In this document: piece after piece, positions 12,923 to 24,351 of the stretch
How the letters are laid out: every line of letters begins with the position of its first letter
How positions within the stretch are numbered: position 1 is the stretch's first letter
Origin: Chrysemys picta bellii
Lineage: Eukaryota
DNA: 64,000 nt
Reading direction: 5' to 3'
Assembly: GCF_011386835.1 (NCBI RefSeq)
Contig: NC_088801.1
Span: 24,490,001 to 24,554,000, forward strand
The notes under the pieces: generated by a model
Database searches by the model: none
What the model was told of the DNA's origin: nothing
The model's input: only the letters and a program-made list of their open reading frames with translations
Made by a program: the position numbers and the translations under genes

Positions 12923-13058
12923 GTTAGTACATTGTTATGTCTGTGTATAATGATTTGAGAGACTACAGGGGAAAAGTTTGAATCAACAAATATTTTCTAC
13001 ATTCCTATTGGTAACTCCAAGGCCTGTTTTCTGGGTTTGTTTTTTTTCCCCTTGTCTG

Positions 13059-13550
13059 NNNNNNNNNNNNNNNNNNNNNNNNNNNNNNNNNNNNNNNNNN
13101 NNNNNNNNNNNNNNNNNNNNNNNNNNNNNNNNNNNNNNNNNNNNNNNNNNNNNNNNNNNNNNNNNNNNNNNNNNNNNNNNNNNNNNNNNNNNNNNNNNNN
13201 NNNNNNNNNNNNNNATGCTCCTGCTCCCTTTCAGTATTGTTCCGGAGTATGTTTCCTTTCAGCTGATGAAAAGTAATTCATCATTTACACCCCTGAATTC
13301 TGCCAGCATTTTTGAACAACTTTTCTTTCCNNNNNNNNNNNNNNNNNNNNNNNNNNNNNNNNNNNNNNNNNNNNNNNNNNNNNNNNNNNNNNNNNNNNNN
13401 NNNNNNNNNNNNNNNNNNNNNNNNNNNNNNNNNNNNNNNNNNNNNNNNNNNNNNNNNNNNNNNNNNNNNNNNNNNNNNNNNNNNNNNNNNNNNNNNNNNN
13501 NNNNNNNNNNNNNNNNNNNNNNNNNNNNNNNNNNNNNNNNNNNNNNNNNN
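13059..13550. other. Two N-runs (13059-13214, 156 nt; 13331-13550, 220 nt)
   Basis: Read directly from the sequence. Confidence 0.99.
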
Positions 13551-13934
13551 GATTTTTTTTAAGATCTGTCAAGTTCCCTTAAGGGACAGAGTTGACAGCC
13601 AGCAGGCCTCAACCTATCACAAAGCACTCAATGTGTAAAAGACACCTAAGGAACTTCCTTTGAGAGGGCAAAGGGCTCCAGACTTGTGACACGTTGAGAG
13701 GGTGTCGTTGCTAAGAAACTGGCCTTTGGCAATAGAATTTTTCCTGCAAGCCTGCTCCTTTTGCAAGCATTTTAGACTGTTTTTAAGAAGCAAAGATGTT
13801 AAATAGAGTCACTGCACATTGCTGATTATTTCACTAGCCTGCCTAGCACACACAATATTCCATTTTGGAATGGATTAAGCCCAGCAGCAGGAATACAGTG
13901 TGGAAAGACAACAACTGCTAACATACACTAAAAA

Positions 13935-14290
13935 GCACTCTACAAATACCCATTAACTACAAAAAGCCTTCAAACACACTTGGATTTAGGTAGGTAGATG
14001 TTATTTCCATTTCACAGGTGGGGAAAGTTAAGACACAGAGATTAAGGGGCAGATTTTAAATTAGCAGAGTCTGAAGCACCATAAAACTGGGTACTTAGGA
14101 ATCTAAACACTGACTGACGTGCACATCTGGCAAACAACAAAAGCAGGTGTGCTAATTTGTGCAAATGAAAATCCACATGCAAGCTCAGGCCTCACTTTAG
14201 GAAAATGTGTCTCTACATGCTTTACTCAATGTTACACAGCAAGTTAGTGGCATGGACAGGAAGAGAACCTGGATCTCCTGAGTGACAAGC
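13935..14290 (-). mobile_element. MIR-like CORE SINE, split by a ~170-bp insertion
   Basis: ttccatttcacaggtggggaaagttaagacacagagattaag (to ~14045) resumes at ~14215 as tttactcaatgttacacagcaagttagtggc..agagaacctggatctcctga. Confidence 0.55.
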
Positions 14291-15212
14291 CCTAATATAA
14301 TCATTATATAATGTTATCATTTGTTATTTTTAATCACTGGAGCATTTTGACAAGGTAACTAAATTAATTTTAAAGAAAAATACTGTTAGCAGGATTAGAT
14401 CAATGAAACCAAGGGACACTGTTTGCTACAGAAGCATCCCAGTAATACATTTATTCTAAGGCTGCACTTCAGTTGCACCACTGCAAAGAAACACTTATAT
14501 TAAATTTTATACCACTCTAGTTCTACCATCAAAGGGCCTAAAGTGACTCTTGCACTCCTTGTTCTTTAATTTCTGTCTCCATTGTTTGAAATATTCTCTT
14601 AGAAATAACAAATCTTTCCCCCTCATCAATTTTGTCCATTTCTCACTAGCAAACATTGCTTTTGGGGACTTAAGATGAATTTATCCTGGCTGTCTTTCTT
14701 AAATAAAACTCCTCCTCCAGTCTTTGCCATAAGTGTCTATGCCTGACCAAAACATCTTCTGCATTAGCATCATCAATGCAACCTTAATGTGGGCAGTGGG
14801 GCTTGCTATTTTGCTACTGCAGGGACAGCAAGGGGAAAAATATCAATCCATTTTGGGGACATTTATAAGAATAGTGGCTATTTTTAAGAACATTTCTAAG
14901 AGCTAGAAAGACAATTCTGAAGACTGTGGTGTTGTTGTAGTCTGAAGAAAACAGAGAAATTGTGCATACAATGCATTTTCCCAATCAAACTGTAATTTTA
15001 GGGGACTCCAAACTTTGCTCAAAAAACTGTTAGATTCAAACACCAATGCAGAGAAATGTACAAGAATATATCAACAGCAAATTGGAGAGCAAAGTTCTTA
15101 TTTTATTTTGTGAGTGCACGAGCCCCAAACTGGAGCACACAGGAATAGTAAAGATATGAAACTTGTACTAAGTGCCAAAACTCTCTCTGTTTTTTTTTTA
15201 ATTGGATATGTC

Positions 15213-16333
15213 TGAGACGTTGTGGAGTCTATATGGTTTTATAAAAACATGATAATAAGTGAATATAATGTAACTGGAATATGCTTCATGCAAAAGGTCT
15301 CTTGTAAAGTATCATTACAAAGCTTATAATCTACTGAGTGTGATCATCCTATTTGTATAAATGTACCACTGTTGTATCTAAAACTGGAAATATAAAATAT
15401 AACTCTGAGGGCCTATTGTAATTATGCGAAGTATGGGCCATTAATGGTGGTTTGGAATCTTGATGACTCCCATTAATTAGGACCATTGTCTGCAGATGGT
15501 TGTGTTTTACCTGTGAGTCTTCCTGTATACCTGTGTGCTGGCAAGTGGGTAATGAAGTCTTGCAGTGACATGTGATCATGTCACCTGAACTGGAATCCAT
15601 CTTTAACCTGGTGCTTTTCCAGTGAGGGGGGGTGGAAACCTAGAGGGACAAAGGGTTTCCGCCTTATGCAAAAGATATATAAAGGGGTGGAACAGAACAA
15701 AGAGGAGGAGAGGAGCCATCATGAAGAATCCCTTAGCTATCACCTGAGCGGGAACAAGAGCTGTACCATGGGAAAGAATTGTGCCCAGGCCTGGAAAGTG
15801 TCCAGTCTGAGAAAAAACTTACTGAAGCATCTCTGAGGGTGAGATTATCTGTATTCAGTTTGATTAGACATAGATTTGTGCATTTTATTTTATTTTGCTT
15901 GGTGACTTACTTTGTTCTGTCTGTTACTACTTGGAACCACTTAAATCCTACTTTCTGTATTTAATAAAATCACTTTTTTCCTTATTAATTAACTCAGAGT
16001 ATGTATTAATACCTGGGGGAGCAAACAACTGTGCATATCTCTCTATCAGTGTTATAGAGGGCGAACAATTTATGAGTTTGGGTTTAGACCCCATTGGGAG
16101 TTGGGCAGCTGAGTGCTAAAGACAAGCACACTTCTGTGAGCTGTTTTCAGGTAAACTTGCAGCTTTGGGGCAAGTAATTCAGACCCTAGGTCTGTGTTGG
16201 AGCAGACGGGAGTGTCTGGCTCAGCAAGATAAGGTGCTGGAGTCCTAAGCTGGCAGGGAAAACAGGAGCATGGGTAGTCTTAGCCAATCAGGTGGCAGCT
16301 CCCAAGGGGGTTTCTGTGATCCAACCCATCACA
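15213..16333 (+). mobile_element. Solo LTR (Gypsy/ERV-type), 1121 bp
   Basis: Starts TGAGA, ends TCACA, with a perfect 5-bp TSD ATGTC (15208-15212 and 16334-16338). TATA-like gatatataaa near 15675 and AATAAA near 15963. No internal coding sequence. Confidence 0.85.
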
Positions 16334-16802
16334 ATGTCACTGAAGTACTTAGGCAGCAGTCCTCATATACTTATGTGCTTGAATACAGAAAGGTCTCAAA
16401 TCTGCAAAAACAGCATGTTTTCACTATCCTGTGCAGGGTCATAAGCATTTCTGAGCCATCATTGGGATTTTTCGTTCACAACTGCTCACTAGCTTAGCTT
16501 TGACTCTTTATGCTAATGAATGGTGAGGGGGCAGTGGCAGTGAGCTACCCAGCAGATACAGGATTTACATGGATCCACAAGCCTGCACATTCTTACTAGG
16601 TGCATGTGACCATTATCCTTGCCTATATCCTGGATGTAGGAAATGTTGAGCAAATAAATGCTGGCTCCTGGAGGCTTCTGCTTTTAAGCCCCATGAGTAA
16701 AGAGTCCTGAAGACTGAAAATTCTACCTGTGCTACGGGGGAATTCAACTAAATCACATTGAGAGACTTGCTCCCTGCAGGACAGGTGAATTTTTAGTCTG
16801 TA

Positions 16803-16875
16803 GGGGTGAAATCCTAAACCCACGGAAGTCAATGGGAATTTTGCCATTGACTTCAGTATGGCCAGAATTTCACAC
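16803..16875. repeat. Short palindromic element
   Basis: ggggtgaaatcct..gaagtcaatgggaattttgccattgacttc..agaatttcacac. Confidence 0.65.
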
Positions 16876-17149
16876 TAAAACTCTATGGATGAGTGCCCTT
16901 TATCAGTGATCACCCTAAGTGCTCAGGCATACTCTGCTCTGTTAACAAGGCCTGCTTGTAGACTCTCTCCTTGTACTCTCTTTTGACAAACATTTCTGGA
17001 GAATACATTTGGCAGGTGGAAAGAAAAAAAAGGCAGCATTATTATTACACAGCACCATAAATGTATATGATATTTTATACGCTGTATGGAATCACATAGC
17101 CATATTTTCCATAGATCTTACAGGGAAAATTTGATATGTCAAATTCTGA

Positions 17150-18580
17150 GTCTGCCAACTTTGATGGTGTCTCCGTAAAACCATAATCTAGAAGTCTATT
17201 TGGAGATATGGACAATAAAATAAGTCTCACTCCTTTTGGTTTTCCCTTCTTTACTGCAATGATATACTAGGCTTGGGCATTCAAAGACTTTTTTTCCCTT
17301 ATGATTATTTTCAGTTTTCCACAAACTTTGATTTCTTACATTTTGTATTGCCATCCAGATTAATTAAATGTGTGAGGATATTGTAAAATTGGCCTTATTG
17401 GCCCGTTCTTCAGGTGAGGATATACACTTTGTAACATAGTAAGAAACTGTATCTCTTGATTAGACAGCGCACACCCTCTCTAAATACAATAGCAAAAATA
17501 AAACCTGGCTCTAATTCCTGACTATCATGATTTTTGGACCTGTTTTTTCCCTTCAATTTTCTCAAATATATTTGCAGAACATTACTGTTATCTCAAATAT
17601 TTTCTGCAGTTGGCATTCAGCATTTATTTTTTGCTTTTCTAATTAGCCTCACAATTTGCTTCTGCTTATTTTTATAGCCTTCTGACTGCTCCACCTTACC
17701 AGATTTTGTATATTTGTTAAACACCTTGTACTTACTGCTTATCTTACTCTTTACTACACAATCCTACTTAGCCACTTTGGGCATTGCTACCTTTATCCTT
17801 CTTTAGACTCAACCAGAATTTCATAGAATTTCAAATGTACCCCAATTGTTTCTTAAATATATTCCAATTTTCTTCAGTAGATTTACCATACATTATAATA
17901 AAATCCTGATAAAAATTCCTTAACACACTTTGCATTTCCTCAAAGTAGATCTACCATAATGGTTGCATTGCTTTCTGTTCCTCAACAACTATCTTTAATC
18001 AAATGATGTTGAGATCACTGGAAATTAGATACTTCTCAAATTCAACACCCTTTATTGCCCTTGGCTTGAATACTTGAATAAATCCTAAATAGTTTCTGAA
18101 AGACAATTCAATAAAGTGCATGAGAAACTAAAAGCAATCTTGCACCAGCTTTACAAATGTGGTTCCTCCCCTCCTTAGTTTTAACATAGTTACTGCAATC
18201 AATAACCAAGTAATTAAAATCCATCATTATCAAAGTTCCAGCCCTCATCTAGGCTTCGCTCATCTGTAAACACAGCCCTGAAAGTTCACAGAAACATTAA
18301 AAAAATACCTGACAGCCTTTATTGTTCTTAACTTTTATCTGAGCTGACACTGCTATGTCAGCCAAAATACTTGTAGCATTTTCCTTTGCAGACACTCATC
18401 TCTTAGGAATACTGATACCACTCCTCTTCCTCTATTTTCCCTTTCTATCCAGAAACCCTAGTCTAGTATCTTAAAACCTCAGTCAATTTCTTGCCTCAAC
18501 CATATCTATGTTATTCCAATAATATCATGCTTATCTTTGGTACTCATACTTATCATTGATAAGGCTTTGATGTAATAAAT
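17150..18580 (-). mobile_element. Ancient CR1/L3-like LINE: ORF2 endonuclease-to-tether remnant
   Basis: Minus-strand DIIGIT at ~18510-18530, then decayed GDFN-like (~18220), SDHN-like (~18010) and KNNHKGKK-like (~17300) motifs in the expected order. Heavily decayed. Confidence 0.5.
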
Positions 18581-18603
18581 CCTTGATGTAGTATCATACT
18601 TAT

Positions 18604-18999
18604 NNNNNNNNNNNNNNNNNNNNNNNNNNNNNNNNNNNNNNNNNNNNNNNNNNNNNNNNNNNNNNNNNNNNNNNNNNNNNNNNNNNNNNNNNNNNNNNNN
18701 NNNNNNNNNNNNNNNNNNNNNNNNNNNNNNNNNNNNNNNNNNNNNNNNNNNNNNNNNNNNNNNNNNNNNNNNNNNNNNNNNNNNNNNNNNNNNNNNNNNN
18801 NNNNNNNNNNNNNNNNNNNNNNNNNNNNNNNNNNNNNNNNNNNNNNNNNNNNNNNNNNNNNNNNNNNNNNNNNNNNNNNNNNNNNNNNNNNNNNNNNNNN
18901 NNNNNNNNNNNNNNNNNNNNNNNNNNNNNNNNNNNNNNNNNNNNNNNNNNNNNNNNNNNNNNNNNNNNNNNNNNNNNNNNNNNNNNNNNNNNNNNNNNN
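18604..18999. other. N-run, 396 nt
   Basis: Read directly from the sequence. Confidence 0.99.
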
Positions 19000-19261
19000 T
19001 AGAAACTTTCACATTACACACAGAAGGCTTTTCATGAAAACAGTGCCCTCAGAGTAGATTTTTTTCAGTGCAATAAGTCCCCTATTATTATGGCAGCTTT
19101 GCTGTTTAAAAAACAGAGTGCAGTTGAAACTGTCTCCTCTTCTTCAGAGTAATCAGTTGGTGAATTCTGTTTCTTAAATGAGCTAATACTTCTGTGAGAT
19201 GAGACAAACAGCAAAAATGCACCAATACCAGAATTTACAAGTTTTAAATGTACCTTTTAAA

Positions 19262-19300
19262 ATATATATATATATATAGAGAGAGAGAGTGAGAGAGAGA
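19262..19300. repeat. (TA)n(GA)n compound microsatellite
   Basis: atatatatatatatatagagagagagagtgagagagaga. Confidence 0.85.
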
Positions 19301-19607
19301 TGGCTAACAAGGCCTCAAACAACTCAAATGCATATTGTTTTGTAAGAATGCATGTCTCTGATATAATTAATTATGCAGGTTTTTTGCATATTCTTATGCA
19401 AAAAAAATGTCTTCTCTTGTATTTTCCATTTTGAGAAACTGAAGAGCTTTTGCCATGCAAAGCAGATATCCCTGTGCAGTGGTATCCCCTTAAACCTAAA
19501 CCTTTCCGGCTCTGACAGGTGAATATATGTAAATAATATGTACTAAGAGAGGGAAGGAAAAACAGGACTGAAGTTTTCACACACAGGTAGGGTAAAATTC
19601 TCCCATC

Positions 19608-19902
19608 AGGTCTGTCTACACTGCAATGACTGCATAATATGATTGCAGCTCGTGTTGCTATATCCATACTACCTTTAACCTAGCTAGCTCAGGTACTGAT
19701 AGTCATCACAAAGCTGCAGCAACACAGGCTTCAGTGCAGACTGTCCAAATCTTGGGGAATTACTTGGGCAGTTAGCCCACACTGAAGCCTGTGCTGCTGC
19801 CATTTCACTGCTATCAGTACCCAAGCCATGTCGATTAAAGCTGGCTGGGATATGTCTACAAGAGCTGCAATCGCATCCTGTGATGTCAGTATAGACATAT
19901 CC
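19608..19902. mobile_element. MITE with GTCTACACT-type TIRs (possibly PIF/Harbinger-like)
   Basis: TIRs ggtctgtctacactgca / tcagtatagacatatcc, plus internal inverted repeat gcagcaacacaggcttcagtg / cactgaagcctgtgctgctgc. Superfamily is inferred. Confidence 0.65.
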
Positions 19903-19904
19903 TA

Positions 19905-20520
19905 AGTTATATTGGAGCAGAGCAATGCAACTGAGATCAGTGAGAGCAAGAAGTAATTGTTGATGAGCTGCAGAATGGGGAGAAAATCACCACCACAAAG
20001 CTGCTCTGTTGTATGCCAAAGAAAAGAACCTTAAATTGAACAGGAATAAAGCAGCCAGATTGGGCTAAATTAGACTGGCTATGTAGGAAACTAAATCCTC
20101 AATCCTGCAATTCACCGCTTGCAAGTGCATGGCTGCCCCAGTGTGCATAAAATACAGGATCCGGACCATACTCAGTGACAAAATAGTGTGACTGGACCCC
20201 AAGACAATTGTACAAATGGTAAAACATCAAAATAAGGCAACAGCATGTTAACATATCTAAGCAAATTCATCTCTCATTTGTCACAATTAAACACTCCATT
20301 CAGAATGCTGCCTGAGGACAATACAGAAAAATTGACAATACAATTAAAAAAGTTGCCAGAGAAGCATCTGTACTGAACTATTTTGATATTATCAAAGAGC
20401 CTAAGATCACAGTTGCAAACTCACATGAGCTGAGAGCTGCAAGATGATCATTGGAATTTGTTTCCAAAACACTGACTAAAACACATCAGAGCTATGTTTT
20501 TGGTTCTGGTCAGTTTTAAG
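19905..20520 (+). pseudogene. Fossil Gypsy-type LTR-retrotransposon pol (RT thumb to RNase H)
   Basis: Frameshifted pieces in the correct order: VIVDE (YxDD-like), AKEKNLKLNRNK, MLTYLSKFISHLSQLNTPFRMLPED, EASVLNYFDIIKEPKITV and VSKTLTKTHQSY. Confidence 0.55.
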
Positions 20521-20559
20521 AACATGTTTAAGAGCAGAAATCAGTCCAGGTAGAAATAG

Positions 20560-21790
20560 AACCTAAACAGTTAGAAACAATGTGTAAGACACCTTTATAT
20601 TATTTCTCTGTCCTGACTATGGTTCACAACTCATACCAATTTAATATCATCTACAAATCTCATTAATATGCTGCCTTTCCCCTCTTCCAAATAATTAATG
20701 AAGCAGTTTAAGCCTAGACTGAACACAAATGTTTAGGGTACCCAACTAGACACTTCTCCCCAACATACCATGTCATAATTTAGGCATTACTCAACACATT
20801 TTAGTCCACATGACAGGTTACCTATCCAAGCTGATTTGAATTAATTTACTTCAATTAAAAAATAAAACACTTTAAGACACAGTAATAAATATTTTACCAA
20901 TATCCAAATATATCTACTACATTACTTTCTTATATTATGAAACCTTTACTTGGGTGGACAAGCAAACAGTTCAATTAACTTCTAGAGTCTACTCTTGTGA
21001 GTAAATGCTACATAATATAAATAAGGGTTGCAGAATGCCACCCTTAGTGAGTTCTCTCTCAATATTTGTTCCACTATTTTATAGCACTAGAAGTTAGGCT
21101 GCTGGAATGGTAACTACCAAGATCACCATTCTTTCCTTTTTTGATAATTGGTACTGCATTTGCTTTTTCCTAGATTTTCAGCACTTCCACAGTTTAACAA
21201 TTATTTTTGACATATCGTGGAAATGTGTGTGGAGAGTCTCATTTCCATGACCAATTCCCACCATACAGCCAGTTATGTGCCAGACTGTGCAATGACTAGG
21301 GAGCCTCTCAGTCACTTAACACCAAGAATAACTTCTTTTTTCTCTTCACAAAAGAACACTGCTATCACCCAATTGTGTACTTTAGATTCTGGTGCAAGTC
21401 ATTTTCCTGCAAAGCACCCTAACTGTCCTCCCCAAACACATCCTTTTTGATGCTACTTTGAAGGAGAAAGTAGATAATAAAGGTGAGCACCATGTGTATA
21501 ATGTAGATTTTATGTTCTACATTTGCACAGCCGATTTCAGTCCCTGCTCCCCAGTACAATTTCCCTGCTAACCCATTTCAGGACTAGCTAACCCTGTGCA
21601 AGATCAGCTATAGTGATGGATTAATGTTGATTTGTATATATGTTTATAATGTACCATACACACTCTTTATGTACTGGAGGCACTCTATCTTCTCTTGTGT
21701 TCTTAGCACAAAAGAAGCTCAAAACTTTGTGCTATATTCTTCATATACTGTAATACATTGGTCTATGTGCCTATGAACTCCCACCTATAA
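20560..21790 (-). mobile_element. Ancient CR1/L3-like LINE: tether-RT remnant
   Basis: Reverse complement of ~21080-21210 reads aaagcaaatgcagtaccaattatcaaaaaaggaaag..cttggtagttac..agcctaact, resembling KANVVPIFKKG..GNYRPVSLT. A GVPQGS-like remnant lies near 20720-20750. Confidence 0.5.
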
Positions 21791-21809
21791 CCAGTTAAAA
21801 TGTTAAACC

Positions 21810-21986
21810 CAGGGCCGGCGCAACCCATTAGGCAACCTAGGCGGTTGCCTAGGGCACTACAATTTGGGGGGCAGTGACCACGGCGGTATTTCGGCGGCGG
21901 GACCTTCCGCCGCCTCTGTGGGGGGCGGCATTTCGGGACGGGACATTCCGCCGCCTAGGGCGGCAGAAAAGCTAGCGGCGCTCCTG
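21810..21986. mobile_element. Young GC-rich hAT MITE
   Basis: TIRs cagggccggcgc / gcggcgctcctg with a perfect 8-bp TSD GTTAAACC (21802-21809 and 21987-21994). Many CpGs are retained. Confidence 0.9.
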
Positions 21987-23769
21987 GTTAAACCATATCT
22001 AGCACTAATTACTATCAGTCCTTATTGAATGTATGCATGACTCTCAGAAAGAAACAATTGCAAAGTACCCATCTGTGTGTCAATTACATTTTCCAGTGAC
22101 ACTGAGTCTATTGTGCACTTGATCATGTTTTCACAAGCATCTAGGTTTCCATGTCAGCAACTGTGAGGAATCAGTTGTTTACCAGTCCCAAAACAAGAAT
22201 TGCTTTATTTAAGTTGTCTTGCATGTAGTTTTTACTCCTGCCTTGTTTCAGAAAGTGGTCCCACTTTTCACACTTTCTAGATGCCTAATATTGGCTTTAT
22301 TGTGTTTGCCTGAACCTCACTTACGTTAAAATGGGTGGGGGTTTTTAATCTCTTAGTAATCTGCTAAATTTGAGGTCAACATCAAAGTCCATCCCATTCA
22401 ATTTTAAGTGATCCCAAAGAATGCACAGATATTCAAGAAAAAACAAAGCAAACTATAAATTTAAAGGGGCAACCAGGTACCAGTGGAAGGCAAGTGAGTG
22501 TGCCGATTTTGAAATTGCAAAATTAACAGTTATGTGCAAGTTAACATAGCAGAACTAAATGCATAATCAATGCTTGACCTAAGACTATAGATCTGGAATT
22601 GGCAAAACTTTCAATGGGCATTAAAAAAGTGTCTCAGACACTTGCGTTCTAATGGATGAGAAATGACACACAGTTATTTAAAAAAAATCTCCCAGCAAAG
22701 GAGTACCATCTAATTAATGTGTCACAGATAAAGTTGAAACAGCAGACTGCCACTGTCTGGCAAATTGTATGAACAAAGACTTGCTCATATAGAGTGAGAG
22801 TGAATAGTGATGTATAGCATACAATTAACTCAAGGTGTTTTGAAACAGCACAAATATGGAACACCAGAAACAACACACACACACAAATCAGCAATAGACA
22901 ATGTACTATCATGCAGCAAAAAACACAGAAAATTCTAGTCTCATTTGAAAGCAGTGCAACTAAATATGTTTGGGAGATATAAAGTAAGTCAGACTTTTTT
23001 AAAAAAGGATTAAGTTAAGCTGTTGACTCCAATGAAGTTCCATAGTTATATTTTCTTATATCCACAAATACTCTATTCTAAGTCAACAAGACTAAGGGTG
23101 CTCAGATATCACAATGTACAAGTCGGAAGAGAATGGAAAAAAAATGTGATGAGGGATCCTGCTCATTGCTCATAACACAATCCAAGTCATTCATACAAAG
23201 ATTACCTAAACAGTACATGCTCTTTCTAACTGCAGTAATGACCAGTAAGCGTTAGGAAAATGTGTTTGCAATGCTAAAATAAAATATTTCTGTCCCAAGG
23301 AAACTGAAAGAGAAACAGGTATAAAAACAAAGTGTGTGGTTTTCACTCATAGTTGTACCATTTTCTTTTTCAGGCAGCCTGCTAGCCGCGAAATATGAAA
23401 ATGTTTCTTTTTCTTTTTTGCACATAGGCACAGTAAACACATTACTGAACAGTCTGGTCTGGTACAATCTATCATGAAGCTCTCATGGAGTCAGAGAATG
23501 CTAGCCTTCTCACTCACCTTGCTATAAATAGAAAAACAATAAAATGATGACACAGAAAATGTTTTTCTGAGCAGTATGAATAGCATTAGCTATACTAATC
23601 CCCTCACTAAGTCGGACTTGTCTTGTGATGGACAAATTATCCAGCTTAAAGAGGTTTCTGGGATGGTGAAATAGTCTCAGATGTTCAGCTCCCTCAGCTT
23701 TCTTTGCTATTCCCTTAGCTCTGTCAGATGCCCCATGCCACTCCTCTCCAGAGGCAGCTGGGGACATAA

Positions 23770-24351
23770 TCCAGATGATGTTGGGGTATCCTCTCGTACT
23801 GAGGTTACCTCTCTGGGGGAAGGAACTCCAGTCATTAGGAAAAAGCAGGTGTTAGTAATGGGAGATTCGATCATTAGAAACATAGATAGCTGGGTTTGTG
23901 ATGACCGGGAGAACTATATGGTGACTTGCTTTCCTGGTGCAAAGGTTGCGGATCTCTCGAGGCATCTAGATAGGCCTATGTGTAGTGCTGGGGAGGAGCC
24001 GGTGGTCGTGGTACATGTAGGTACCAATGACATAGGGAAGGGTAGGAAAGACGTCCTGGAGGCCAAATTTAGGCTGCTAGGAAAGAGACTGAAATCCAGG
24101 ACCTCTATGGTGGTATTCTCAGAAATGCTTCCAGTTCCATGCGCAGGGCCAGGTAGGCAGGCAAAGCTTCAGAGTCTCAATGCGTGGATGAGACAATGGT
24201 GTAAGGAGGAGTGGTTTAGATTTATTAGGAACTGGGGAAACTTTTGGGATGGGGGAGAGTATACAGGAAGGATGGGCTCCATCTAAACCAAAGTGGATCC
24301 AGACTGCTGGCACTTAACATTAAAAAGGTTGCAGAGCGGTTTTTAAACTAA
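23770..24351 (+). pseudogene. CR1 ORF1 C-terminal SGNH esterase domain (frameshifted)
   Basis: VLVMGDSIIR (GDS), VVVHVGTNDIG (GxND) and a DGLHL-equivalent block; ends ...FLN*. Confidence 0.9.

Noticed and set aside
13707-13719. RFX X-box-like motif GTTGCTAAGAAAC
   Set aside because: Imperfect single match with no CpG island or other promoter evidence.
17150-21790. Treating the two ancient minus-strand CR1 remnants as one element
   Set aside because: The domain order is wrong for a single copy (RT lies 5' of EN) and both pieces appear to include the tether region.
23522-23767. 81-aa minus-strand ORF (MSPAASGEEW...)
   Set aside because: No recognisable domain, and its 3' end runs through a pyrimidine tract.
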